Shown: piece after piece, positions 1 to 13,320 of the stretch
Layout of the letters: each line of letters begins with the position of its first letter
Position numbering within the stretch: the stretch's first letter is position 1
NCBI RefSeq assembly: GCF_006345805.1
Contig: NC_042998.1
Span: 167,152,001-167,216,000 of the forward strand
DNA length: 64,000 bases
DNA from: Octopus sinensis
Taxonomy: Eukaryota
Direction: 5' to 3'
The notes under the pieces: model-generated
Database searches by the model: none
What the model was told of the DNA's origin: nothing
The model's input: only the letters and a program-made list of their open reading frames with translations
Made by a program: the position numbers and the translations under genes

Positions 1-278
1 AATCATCGTTACCGACTCCTTGAAAATCTTTGCAGCAGGACACATTTTGGGATAATTCTCTTATTATGATATATCAAATAATCTTTGTAGTTTCTAAAAT
101 ATTAGAAACCATTTCTTTTAAAAATCAACAATACTGCATAATACTGGTGAATTCTTTCTGTCAGTTCGTGTTTCTAAAAAACAAATTCGAATTTCACGAA
201 TCCTAATGATATGCTTTTCCTTATCACCACTTCATCAATCAAAATCTCATCCTATTGATGTGTCTCTTGTATATAGCT

Positions 279-335
279 CTATGCATACATATATATATAT
301 TTATGTATGTATATATACATACACATACATACACA

Positions 336-418
<83 letters not shown>

Positions 419-419
419 T

Positions 420-466
<47 letters not shown>

Positions 467-484
467 TATATATATTATATATAT

Positions 485-573
<89 letters not shown>

Positions 574-575
574 CG
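279..575. repeat. (TA)n/(CA)n compound microsatellite
   Basis: Direct read of dinucleotide runs; explains the YI/HT-rich ORFs at 206-693. Confidence 0.97.
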
Positions 576-589
576 CGTGTATGTCTCTT

Positions 590-982
590 TTATCTCCTTT
601 CTTTTATTTCTTTCATTCGTTAGGCTTCGGCTATGCTGGGAAAGCGCCTTGAAGGGGTTAGTCAAACAAATCAACCCAAGTACATTTTTTTAAACCCGGT
701 ACTTATTGAATTGGTCATCTTTTCCCGAACCACTAAGGCACGGGGACATGAACAAACCAACGCCGGTTGTTAAGCGGTGTTGGTTTGTTTACGAACACAA
801 GTACACACACACATTTATATACGACAGGCTTCTTTCAGTTTCCGTCTACCAAATCCACTCACAAGGTTTTGGTTGCCTCGGAACCACAGCAGAGGACATT
901 TTGACCAAGGTACCACGCAGTGGGATTGGGCCCGAATCCATGTGGTTGGGCAGCAAGCTTCTTACCACATCCACACTTGCGC
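590..982 (-). mobile_element. tRNA-derived SINE, family A (head GGCGCAGGTGTGGCTGTGTGGTAAG..., internal microsatellite, 3' ...GACTGAAACAAGTAAAAGAG)
   Basis: Reverse complement matches other copies in the window (8160, 9296, 21655, 57962); A/B-box-like head. Confidence 0.85.
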
Positions 983-1324
983 GTATTTGTCTGGTTGAAT
1001 ATCTATGCGCCTGTATCTGTATGTCTGTTAGATCTACGTATAACTGAATGTATAAATCTGTTTTGCCATTTTGAGGTTCCAAGTTTAATCCCACAGCTAG
1101 GTAAGCTGGGCACATGCGTTTAATGCACATATGCAAATTGGACACATATGCATTTTCCCTTTTTTTCATTTCAGTCTCGATTATATCCTAGCCTTAAGAC
1201 TGATATTGAGTCGACATAATCTGTGGTAGTCCGTAGTTGGATGGACTGTAATAACTGTATTTCAAAATGCCAGATTTGTCACACGGTTTTTCCAGCTGAC
1301 CTTGCTTGAAGATTACATAAAGTG

Positions 1325-1374
1325 TCAGTGAAATACTATGCTTACAATAAATTGTAAGCATAGTATTTCACTGA
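1325..1374. repeat. Perfect 24-bp inverted repeat with 2-nt spacer
   Basis: tcagtgaaatactatgcttacaat-aa-attgtaagcatagtatttcactga; all 24 pairs checked. Confidence 0.95.
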
Positions 1375-2257
1375 TACCACCTAAAATAAGAATGTGTAAG
1401 CAGTTTAGTCGATCGATCAAAAGATCAATTTACTAAAGTAAATTACTTGCGCGTGACAGTGTATACCTGTCTGAAGTCACAAAATTTTCTTTCCGTGTTT
1501 TGTAGTAGTTATAACACCAGATTATTGTTTGTGTATCAATGAACCGCTTTATTTCCACTCTCAATTAATGACATTCTCTATTTTCCAAACTGTCTCTAAA
1601 AATTTCATTTCTTTAATTATTCTGAAATCTAATCATCAGCTTAAACTCTGAAACGTAGTCATCGTCTACTATGTAGACAACATAGATCATTACCCTATTA
1701 TTCGTTTGGTTACCCAGTGTTTCGTGATAAATTGTTTGATAAAAATAGCAATAGGTATGGACAACTTTTGTTTCGAGTTCAAATTCCTGCAGTGATTGAC
1801 ATTGACCTTCTTTCTTGTGGAGATCCAAGAATTTAATACCAGGGATCACTTTTGTCAGTACTACTCCTCTTAGAATGTGTAGCTAAAAATAGGTATAGAT
1901 AGAGCTATTGCTCTCTATATATGAACCACTTTTCCTACCATGCTTGAACAATCGTTTCGGAATCTATTTCCCTTTAGTGTATCTTCGTAGGCTTTAACGT
2001 TCATATTTCGATTTAAAAGAAATGCATTTTTTATGACTTTTTTTGAGAGTCAAATCACAAGTTACAGGCGAGAGAAAATTAAATGTACATTTTGAGTTAT
2101 GAGAATTAAAATATTTTTTATTCTTTAGATCATATATACTGTCTTCATATTTCTTTTATCGACCAACATGTGACGAAAAACGAACCTGCCTAGAAAGGGA
2201 ATCAAATTTAAAATCTCAAAAACAACAGTTACCGAATTCATTATATTTGCGATAAGT

Positions 2258-2670
2258 AAGGCAATGAACTGGCAGAATCGTTACGCTGCCAGGCAGAATA
2301 CTTAGCGACATTTCATCAGACTCTTTACGTTCTGCGTTGAAATGCAGTCTAGGTTGACCTTGCCTTTCATATTTCTGAGATCAAGAAAATAAGTTGAACA
2401 CTTGGGTTGATGTAATCAACATCTCCCCCCAAAATTGCTGACCTTGTACCAAAATTTGACAGCGTTTTAAAGCGATGAGCTGCAGAATCGTTACCACGCT
2501 GGACACATTTTTACTGATATTTCTTCCGGATCTTTGCTTACTTTCCACTTTCAAATGCCACTGAGGTTGACTTTACCTTTCATCTTTTCGGGGTCAATAA
2601 AACAAGTACCAGTCAAGTATTGGGGTCGATTTCATCGACCACCTCTCAGAATTGTTGGCCTTGTCCCATA
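2258..2670 (+). mobile_element. Two tandem copies of tRNA-derived SINE family B (GGCAGAATCGTTAGCAC...GTTCAAATTCCGCCGAGGTCGACTTTGCCTTTCATCC...)
   Basis: Head-to-tail copies at about 2258-2460 and 2468-2670; same motifs recur at 5058, 22645, 34965, 36670, 54856, 55857, 63110. Confidence 0.85.
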
Positions 2671-3540
2671 CTTGTATCTGCGGTAAATGACCAGAAGTTC
2701 TGGGAAACGAGAAATAAAGCTGCGTCAATAACAGCTTTAAAAAAATCTAAAACCATTTATCAAAATGACATGAAATCAAATTAAATCTTCAGTACATATA
2801 TAGCATTGGTTACGTTGTTTTCGTCCTAGAATTACTTTTCAAAGACCAATTGCACCGAAAATTCTACACTTAATTTATAATATAATTTTGCCGTTTGATT
2901 CTACACATTTTCATCTGAAGCCATTCCGAATTCATTTTCTGCTTCAGAAAGTTTTTCAGTTTCTTTATTTCTTTCTTTATAATAGTTTATTTATTAATAC
3001 GTTGTTAGTTTTGTTGGCTGTTACTTAAAGGAATAGAGTCAAAGTCACGAGTTTAATAAATTGCTTCATAGCTTTTGATCTTCAACATTATTTTCATGTT
3101 TTCTTCTAATTTTTTTATTTATTTTCATGTTACGTTCAGTGATACGTGTTTATGATGCACATGTTTAGATTTACTTTTATATTATACTATGGAAGACTTT
3201 AAGGACTAAAATGTATAATTTAAAGGTTTGGTTTCTGTTTAGTTACATATTTAGGAGTCGGTTATTGATTTACTTATTGAATTTATTTACCGATACTGTT
3301 GTACATAGGGTAAATGTGTTTGAAAGTTGTAGTTTATTTGGTATGCTTGTTCCCAAACAACACTTATTTTAGTGCTGTTGACACCGCCAGATTGAATGGT
3401 AATGTCCAGGTATCGAAACCACAATGATATCCGTGGGGCAGCTAATGATGGAGGGATGGATTGAGGGTATGGCTGTTTTTATATATATGGATATGGCCGC
3501 AGTCAAATGACTGAAACAAATAAAAGAGTAAAGAGTATAC

Positions 3541-3606
<66 letters not shown>

Positions 3607-3607
3607 T

Positions 3608-3958
3608 GGTGTAGGTGTGGCTGTGTGGTAAGTAGCTAGCTTATGAACCACATGGTTCTGGATTCAGTTCCACTGCGTGGCACCTTGAGCAAGTGTATTC
3701 TACTATAGCCTCGGACTGACCAACGCCTTGTGAGTGGATTTGGTAAACGGAAACTGAAAGAAGCCCGTCGTATATATGTATATTTATATACATACACACA
3801 TATATATATATACATATATATATACATATATATATATATACACACACACATATATATATATGTGTGTGTGTGTGTGTGAGTGTGAATATGTTTGTATGTC
3901 TATGTTTGTCCCCCAAAATCGCTTGACAATCGATGCTGGTGTGTTTACCTCCCCGTAA
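3608..3958 (+). mobile_element. SINE family A, 3'-truncated
   Basis: Head ggtgtaggtgtggctgtgtggtaag, body gtgagtggatttggtaaacggaaactgaaagaagcccgtcg, then microsatellite. Confidence 0.85.
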
Positions 3959-4495
3959 CGTATGTCTGTGTGTGTGTGTGCGTACAACGGACGTTCCGAT
4001 TTTTCAAGGGAAGCAAACAAATTAAGCTCATGTTAGGTTACCATAATGTAGAACTCAAAATGAAGTACGCAACTAATTTATACTCTACGCACACACTAAT
4101 GCGAGCCAACGACGAAGATCTCACATGATTACTTGGCCGGGTAGAAATATCTACAAATATTCTTAAAGTAATACTCTACTTCCGTGAAACAAAAAGAATG
4201 TGGAAGGATAAACCGGAAGTTAAACAACAGCTTTGCACGCTGGCATATACATATTAATAGATAGATATAAATAAACATATTTTCATGTGTATACGTGTGT
4301 GTGTGTGTGTGTGTGAGTGTGAACGTCTGCGTGTGTGTGTACGTCTGTGTGTGTGTGTGCGTCTGTGTGTGTGTGTGCGTCTGTGTGTGTTTGTGTGTAT
4401 GCAAGCCTGTGTTTCTGAATATGTGTGTAAGCGTGCATGCATATATATATATATAAATACACACATATATGTGTACACACACAAACATATATGTC

Positions 4496-4529
<34 letters not shown>

Positions 4530-5057
4530 TGCGTGTGTGTGTATGTGTATATATATAATACAGACACCTACGCACATGCTCACGCTTATAAGTGTATGCG
4601 TGCTTTTATGTGCATGCGTGCGTGCGTGTGTGTGGGGAGGTTTGGTTTTGGATGGTGTGGGTATGCGCGCTTGTTGTTAAAGCTGAAACCAATAAATGAA
4701 AGAAGAAAACTAGCATTCATTTAGCATAAACAATAAATGACATTTATTATAAAGTTACTTGTAAAATGGCGTCGTGTTGACAGAAAAGGAACTGCATAAA
4801 GCGCCATCAAAAAGATGGAAAAAAACGTTTACTTTGAACCAAGTCGGTACATTCACTGATCGTAAACGTTGTACAGTAACATTGAAGTAAGTTTAAAAAG
4901 TGCGTCTGTACAATTAGTTGCAGGTAACCAAAATCTTGTCAGCGTTTACATTTGAAGCCGCCTGCTGTTAACACAGTCGCTAACACATGGACAGGAAAGA
5001 GAAGAAAAAAACACTAATGCTAACGAACGAATATGAAATTTATTGATTTCATATTTT

Positions 5058-5262
5058 GGCACAAGGCCAGAAATATCGGGGGGAAGGAGCTAAGTCGATT
5101 ACATCGACCCAACTACTCCAGTAGTACTTATACTATTGACCTCGAAAGGCTAAAAGGCAAAGTCGACCTCGGCATCATTTGAACTCAGAACCTGAAGACG
5201 GACGAAATTCCGCTAAGGATTTTGCCCGACGTGCTAACGATTCTGCTGGATCGCCGTCTTAA
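5058..5262 (-). mobile_element. SINE family B
   Basis: aaaggcaaagtcgacctcggc...tttgaactcagaac is the reverse complement of the family B core. Confidence 0.85.
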
Positions 5263-5729
5263 AGAATATGCAATTTATTAAGCTACATAACGTGTGATTT
5301 TATAGAAAAATGTTAGATTTAATTTTCTGTGATTCGTCCCCACAGTTCTAAATATGCATGCAATTCTCGTGTCCGTTAAAACAAAAAAACGCCACTGTAA
5401 AGTAATAATTTTCGCTAGAAAAGAGTCACCTTTTATTTCAATACTACGAAAAATTAAAGTAATAAAGCAAAATCATATTTTAATTAGTTATTAACTGAGA
5501 GGTCATGTCCTGTACACAGTTTATCTATGATGGCATTACGTATATCTGGAGAAATAAATAACCTTTTATTCTTATTTCTTAAGTAAAGTAAGGCAATGAA
5601 ACAAAATATGTCAGTCATTTATTGACAATACATGGCATGTACAGTTTGAAAACACCTTATGGAGTTTCGTGGCATTGTATGTATATTTAGTCTTTTTAAT
5701 GTTGATGACTAAGAATATTCCAGCTGATG

Positions 5730-5961
5730 TCAAGAAGAAACTCGGCTACAGTCTTGCGGTTCTCCCATCGAGCAACACAAGTTATGAAGGCGTTCTTGAA
5801 ACTGCACATTGCGTCGAGGAAATGTTCTTTGAGGTAGGTTACTTACAGCATCCTGCTGGATAATTGAACTCATTGTCGCTTCTTCACGCTTCTTTTTTTT
5901 CAGTAACTTGTTTTTCATGTGGCTTTTTCCAAATGTCTGTAAGGAGAGTTCTGACATTTGG
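5730..5961 (-). CDS. Possible terminal coding exon of an unidentified gene (SELSLQTFGKSHMKNKLLKKKKREEAT...CSRVSS*)
   Basis: Minus-strand acceptor-like tcactcgctgtttag|C at 5962/5961, one open frame to TGA at 5730, AATAAA on the minus strand at 5618-5623. No homology recognised. Confidence 0.25.
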
Positions 5962-6283
5962 CTAAACAGCGAGTGAATTATGAGAGGTTTTCATATAAAT
6001 TAATTCTACCTACAAGTTGTGCATCGTACGTAAGTGCAATGTAATGGAAAGAGGTGAACTGGTTTAAAAGTCTTTTGATGTATTCATTGGACTGTATAAA
6101 CGAAAACAACATCGGAGTGTAGATGTGAAGCCATCATGAATTTTATCCATCTGCTACAATGCATTTTCTATCTTAAAAACAAATAGAACGAATGTTTTCG
6201 TAGGTGAACTCATATCGCGTTATCACCTATCTGAACGTCACCTACTTATTAAACAAAAGTTATTGAAGTGTGTGTGCGCGCAC

Positions 6284-6315
<32 letters not shown>

Positions 6316-6559
6316 TCGAGCGAGCGTGCACGTATGTATGCATGAGTGCATGTATGTTAGCAGTTTGGGTAATACAATCTCAAATGACGTAATAGGTACA
6401 GTACATACAATTAGTGCTAAGATAGAATTCGTGCTTAAACTTCGACTTTAAACGCAGAAACGTGGTAGTTGACTTATTGAGAACACACAGTAGGCAATGT
6501 GTCCTTCAAGCTAGTACATGTATAATAGAATAAAAGAATAGACAGGCAAAATCCAGGTA

Positions 6560-6711
6560 TCACCAGCACCGGTAGATAGCACAACAGCATGCCGTGATTT
6601 TACCGTTAATTGCGAAATATCAGCAGTAACCAGCCAGACGGCTACGGCTGATGATCCGCAATTAACGGTAAAATTATGTGTTACAGTAGCGCCATCCACC
6701 GGTACTGGTGA
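6560..6711. other. 152-nt inverted repeat (long hairpin) in repeat-poor sequence
   Basis: Arms pair colinearly without indels for about 62 bp, including a perfect 17-bp ttttaccgttaattgcg/cgcaattaacggtaaaa core. Confidence 0.85.
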
Positions 6712-7151
6712 AAATTACGTCTGCCGATATAGTCGATACTTTTTTGTAATTGTCGTCAACAAGCCATGATTTCTCGGGAGGTTCAACGCAGTCCAAGACG
6801 TTCTAAACAATACATCCAATTTAAGTTGAGTGCATGAATTAATATTCGTTAATAGCCTTTCCGAAATATAACAATATCTGTTTCAACGCACGGTCTTACA
6901 TCAGGAATCCTGCAACACAGATTCATAAACGTATATATTACGTTTATGAATTTGTGTTGCAAACCGTGCGTTGAAACATATTGTTATATTTCGGGAAGGT
7001 TAATTTTTATCTTTTTTGGCAAATAAACACACACACAACATATTCATTCTTCAGTCGTTTCTTATTGTTCTTATTTCATCTTATGTCCATTATCCAGAAA
7101 TCTTTCGTTACACATCTTTCTGTCCACGTGTGTCCTCTTGCTCTGCTTAAT

Positions 7152-7242
<91 letters not shown>

Positions 7243-8159
7243 GTTTATATATTACATTTCTAAATCTCTCAGAGAGAGTTATGCAGTAACAGCACGATAA
7301 AGTGATGGTCTGTTGCCAACTTAATGTGACAGTCCCAGGAAAGTGAAGAATGTTACTGTTTTTTAATCCCAAGAAACACCGTTTCTAGTTGGCTACGTGA
7401 CACAAGCGTTCTGTGTCCTTAAGCTTATATATTTCTGCATCGCGAATAGTATCTAGTAGCATATAAAATAGGCATTTCAACTGCATTATTTCTAAAAGGG
7501 CCACTCCACTTAAAGAGTGATTTATAATCACGCCAATTGCGTTTGTTTTTGTATTTGTTTTGGGGAGATTTTGCTTTTGTTTGTTTTTGATTTTGTTTTT
7601 TGTTTTTTTTTTTACTTTTACTTATATTTCTTGAGGACATGTTACTATGTTACTATATATCTTTAGTCTAGTCAGCCATTTTATCATGGGTAGAATTTTC
7701 GTTAAATAGGTTGGAAAAAAATGTTGACATCCTTTGAAAACATATGCAGTAGTTTTTTTACATGAGTTTCTAGCGGCCTACAGGCAGGAAGATAAACATT
7801 GTCGTGTATTCAGAAAGAAGTCGTTAAGCTTTAAAGAAAATTTTCAAGAAATAAAAATAGTTATCTAAAATAGAATTGTACAATCAAACTATAAATCAAG
7901 AATAAGAAAGATACATTGAATACAAATTGAAAAGTAGGAACTTTTTGAAGTAATGGAGGTTTTATGATAACAAGCGATTCTTTAAGAGCTAGTATAATTT
8001 TGAAACCATATTAGAGCTCAGAATTCATAAGAATGTGTTGCGATTCTAAATAGACCGTTTGTAAATAGTACAGATTACTTACCAAAGCAGAAATTCAATC
8101 ACTGTAGAAATGATGTATAAACTATTCAAATCGGTTGTTATGCAAATATTACTGATATA

Positions 8160-8320
8160 GGCGCAGGTGTGGCTGTGTGGTAAGATGTTCGCTTGTCAAA
8201 CACATATTTTCGAGTTCAGTACCACTGCATAGCACCTTGAGCTAGTGTCTTTATAATATCCTTGAGCTGACCAACAACTTGAGAGTTGATTTGTTAGACT
8301 GAAACTGAAAGAAGCTCGTC

Positions 8321-8388
<68 letters not shown>

Positions 8389-8615
8389 ATGTGTTCGTGT
8401 GTGTGTGTTTGCTTGTTTGTGCATGTATTTGCTTGACAACTGACATTGGCGTTTACGTTCCTGTAACTTAGCGGTTTTCCAAAAGGAGTCGATGATTACG
8501 TAACAGGTATTAAAGAAAATAATAAGCACTCGGCTCGATTCGTTTGACTAAAGTTTTTCAAGGTGTTACCACAGCATGACCGCAGTCTAATGACTGAAGT
8601 AAGAAAGAGATGAAA
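8160..8615 (+). mobile_element. SINE family A, near full length
   Basis: ggcgcaggtgtggctgtgtggtaag head through catgaccgcagtctaatgactgaag tail. Confidence 0.85.
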
Positions 8616-9295
8616 GATAAATTATTTTATCGAGCCCTTGAAGTAAAATGTCCAATAGTTGATTTGAACTTTAAACCAAACTCAGTTCACTGATTGTAAA
8701 AGTTTTTATTCATCACAGACGATGACTGTCACAATATGTTGTATTCATATATGTATGAAATCTCACAGAAGCTGAAAGACTTCTTTCTTTATCAACTGTA
8801 ATCAAAACTTGTCCGCGGAACATTTCTTGACGTCCACTACAGAAGTAACATTTCGGCAAAGTGTATATGTGACTGTATGGATAAAAAATAATTACAGACT
8901 CAGCGTGCGGGAGGTTTAACAGAGAGGTAGGAATTATTATTTACTTCTGGCTAAAGGAAAATTTATCAAGATCAGAGTCCGTAGATCACTGACAAATTCA
9001 GATCATGGAGCCACAAAATGGTAGTGGCTGGCAAGTCGTAGCTAACATATCGGAAGCCCTGCGTACAACCGTCACGGCAATCAGTGCAGGTTATGAATGA
9101 GTCAGATAATTACTATCCAAAAATCTTCGTTGAGCTATAAATGGCACACTCCACTTCATATTCTCAAGACAACAATAACTCTCTTTATTCAGACACCAAT
9201 GCAGCATCATATGCACCCGCTGTACGGGAAATTCTAAACCATCAAAGACAAGTTTCTACATCTTCCCGAAGGTCCAGAATGACAATATTTTCTGT

Positions 9296-9742
9296 ACTCT
9301 TTACTCTTTTACTCTTTTACTATTTTACTCTTTTACTTGTTTCAGTCATTTGACTGTGGCCATGCTGGAGCACCGCCTTTAGTCGAGCAACTCGACCCCG
9401 GGACTTATTCTTTGTAAGCCCAGTACTTATTCTATCGGTCTCTTTTGCCGAACCGCTAAGTGACGGGGACGTAAACATACCAGCATCGGTTGTCAAGCAA
9501 TGCTAGGGGGACAAACACAGACACACACATATATACACACACACTTATATATATATATATATATATATACATATATATACGACAGGCTTCTTTCAGTTTC
9601 CGTCTACCAAATCCACTCACAAGGTATTGGTCGGCCCGGGGCTATAGCAGAAGACACTTGCCCAAGATGCCACGCAGTGGGACTGAACCTGGAACCATGT
9701 GGTTGGTTAGCAAGCTACTTACCACACAGCCACTCCTGCGCC
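9296..9742 (-). mobile_element. SINE family A, full length and well preserved
   Basis: (ttttactc)n tail, cagtcatttgactgtggccatgctggagcaccgcc, and head ending cctgcgcc. Confidence 0.9.
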
Positions 9743-11114
9743 TGTCTTTCTCTCTGAGAGGAAACATCTCAGCTAATCCCGTCAGTGAACTGTCAAAATA
9801 AGATAATGATTATATCACTAGCCGTATTGAATCCAGCGCTGGATTAACCATTAAGCAAAATTAGCACGTGTTTAGGGTATCAAGCAAGGGATGGAGGCAC
9901 CAAAGAAATGGAAATAGTTTACGGCACGAAAGAAATCACTTCAAACTTGCTAAAATAATATTCGTAATGTCTTATCTCATCTAAGTATAGAAGCGTAAGT
10001 TTAACGTAAATTTAATTTTAACGGTATCATCAAAGACTTTGCAATTAAAATAAGAAAGAAAAACGAAAGAGAAAACTTTTCAAATATAAATAATGTGGAA
10101 GCATACAAGGAATACACATTATTTTCCATCTTACTGTTGATTTTGTTACATTTTGAAAAAGAAAGATTTATTTTATGGTTTATTATAGTTTAAATTTTGA
10201 ACCATTTACGTATACTTGAGAGCACAAAAACCTTTTAAGTGCTCAGGTAGGGCCTCTATGGCCCTTAATTTGGCCATGATTGAATCCACAGTACACATGC
10301 TTCAACTGAGTTGATTCGGACATATAGTACACAAAGTTGACTCCGATCACGCCCCACAACATCTTCTTTGTCCTGCTACATTGAAAAACTAGAGCCTATC
10401 ATCATTGCAAGATATTGTTTTAATGGTTTGACTATTGAAGTGGATTACGGAATAGAGCTGGAGGTAGGGGCGGTCCGCCCCAGGCGGCACTTTTCGGTTT
10501 GCTGTAGGCAATATGTGATTTTTTGAAGGGTCCGGGTCCGGCAAACGGAAGGGCCGCCCCGGATGGCACACATTCTAGCTACGCTAGTGGCATGAAGGGG
10601 AATCTTACAATCAGCAGAAACGAAAACAAGAGTCTCACATATAGAGTTAGATGTACGTCTCCAACTAAATATTTTTTATGACTTGTCTACGATTGGACAC
10701 TGATAAAGTGTCGGAATGTAGTCATGAAATGAAACACAAAAGTAGAAGCTGATTGTCAGACGAAGCTGATGTGGACGACCATTAATAATCGATGGAATCA
10801 AGAATAACTATGTGGTTAAATTGTTCCTTTGTTTCAAAGGACATGGATCCGCTTTCAATACCTCTGCATAATACACTGGATAAGTGTTTTACCATTGACT
10901 TTGTTTGACCAAAGCAAAGACCTCGGATAGACGGAAACTCTAAGTGAAAGTTATATAACGCATTATACTTATAATTCAAATGTCAAGTTGTGGTAAATTG
11001 TGTGACACTTAGTTTCGCCAGCCACTGATAATATAATTCAATAAGCAAGTACGTACTTCAGATGATTGATTGAACTAAAAAAAACCTACACGTCGTCAGT
11101 ACTGATAGATTTAT

Positions 11115-11945
11115 CTTTTTATCTTTTATCTTTTACTTGATTCAGTCATTGGGCTGCTGTCATGCTGGAGCACGGCCTTAAAGGATTGTAGTCGAATGGA
11201 TCGACCTCAGTAGTTATTTTTAAAGCCTGGTACGAATCTTTTCGGTTTGAACGGCAGTTTTTTCTAGCGGTGTCATATGAAATTGTCACCCATAATTATG
11301 ACCCTAGTATCGATCTATTGCATTTCAATCTGTTTTAGGGTTAGGGTTAGTTAGGGTTAGTTAGGGTTAGGGTTGGGTGAAAAGGTATCTTTTTTTCTTC
11401 ACAAATGTAAATAAACCCAATCAATCTTAAACGAGGGACATATTCATACGGCACAGCATGTTTTTTTACATCAACAGACGTCATTGATTGGTTGAAATTG
11501 CAAAAATTGAAGAAAAAAACAACAAATATCTTACAAACTATAGAATTTTCTCAATAAAGCCAAGAGAAAAAGATGTTCTATAAACACATTCTACCAGTAT
11601 ACGAAGTTTAAAAGTGTTTAGGTACGTGGAAATTATTTTTAAAAACTGCCGTTCCAATCGAAAAGATCCCCTGTTACTTATTCTATCGGTCTCTGATGCC
11701 TAAATAGTAAGTTAGTTTCAGGGACGGAAACAAACTAAGATCAGTTGTCAAATAATGGGAAGGATAAACACATACACAAAGACAAATCCTCTCCCCACAC
11801 ACACATATACCTATGCATGTAACGTATGTATCTATGTATCTTTGCGTGTATACACGACAGGCTTCTTTCAGTTTCCGTCTAACTAATCCACTCACAAGGC
11901 TTTGCGCCACTTAGGGCTTTAGTAGAGGACACTTGCCCACGGCGC
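11115..11945 (-). mobile_element. SINE family A interrupted by a MITE
   Basis: SINE motif aagcctggtac|ttattctatcggtctc is split by the 11234-11669 insertion. Confidence 0.8.
11234..11669. mobile_element. Non-autonomous TIR element (MITE, Merlin- or hAT-like) with internal TTAGGG-like repeats
   Basis: TIRs gaatcttttcggtttgaacggcagttttt / aaaaactgccgttccaatcgaaaagatcc; 8-bp TSD cctggtac (11226-11233) / cctgttac (11670-11677); TTAGGG units at 11335-11378. Confidence 0.85.
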
Positions 11946-12129
11946 CAGTCCATATGCTTTGTCTACTTCCAATATTTACTTCCTGTCTGTTAATTGTGAG
12001 ATGTTTCGAATTTTGTTGAACATTAACGTTGGCAAATCTCTGAGAAATACTAGCAAAATGAACGCAACGCAACGCAACGCAAGAAAAACATTATCGCCAT
12101 CACCAGTATTATCATCACAAATAACTGAG

Positions 12130-12232
12130 ATGAACAACAACGACGACAAGACAACTACAATAACAACAACAACAACAACAACAACTACAGTAGCAACAGC
12201 AGCAGCAACAGCAGCAGCAGCAACAACAACAA

Positions 12233-12289
<57 letters not shown>

Positions 12290-12377
12290 CAGCAGCAGCA
12301 GCAGTAGTAGAAGTAGTAGTAGTATTAGTAGTAGTAGTAGCAGCAGCAGCAGCAGCAGCAGTAGCAGCAGCAGCAAC

Positions 12378-12436
<59 letters not shown>

Positions 12437-12574
12437 CCTGTAGATTTGTGGCAGCAACATATGGTCAGAACATGGTGGGAACATTTTCTTTCCTTTCTTT
12501 TATTTATCTACTCATTATTTTTGTTTTCAGAAATTATATAAGGCCAGTCATTCATGCATGAAAGTCATATGAAA

Positions 12575-12642
<68 letters not shown>

Positions 12643-12643
12643 C

Positions 12644-12686
<43 letters not shown>

Positions 12687-12694
12687 TGATAATG

Positions 12695-12762
<68 letters not shown>

Positions 12763-12766
12763 GATG

Positions 12767-12824
<58 letters not shown>

Positions 12825-12876
12825 TGATAATGATGATGATGATAATAATAATAATAATAATAGTAATATAATAATA

Positions 12877-12918
<42 letters not shown>

Positions 12919-12948
12919 TAATAATAATAATAAATAAAAATGATAATG

Positions 12949-13012
<64 letters not shown>

Positions 13013-13075
13013 TGATAATGATGATGATAATAATAATATAATAATAATAATATAATAATAATAATAATAAAAATG

Positions 13076-13133
<58 letters not shown>

Positions 13134-13153
13134 TGATAATGATAATGATGATG

Positions 13154-13199
<46 letters not shown>

Positions 13200-13219
13200 T
13201 GATAATGATGATAATGATG

Positions 13220-13298
<79 letters not shown>

Positions 13299-13320
13299 TA
13301 ATAATAATAACCGCAACAAT
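12130..13320. repeat. Trinucleotide arrays: (ACA/GCA/GTA)n at 12130-12440 and about 750 bp of (AAT)n at 12575-13320
   Basis: Direct read; source of the poly-T/A/V/L/I ORFs. Confidence 0.97.

Noticed and set aside
9005-9290. Short plus-strand ORFs (MEPQNGSGWQVVANISEAL..., MAHSTSYSQD...) resembling a receptor N-terminus
   Set aside because: Early stop at 31 aa, no transmembrane continuation, and the second ORF runs into a SINE tail.
11335-11378. Telomere or chromosome-fusion site
   Set aside because: Short, degenerate and enclosed within MITE TIRs.
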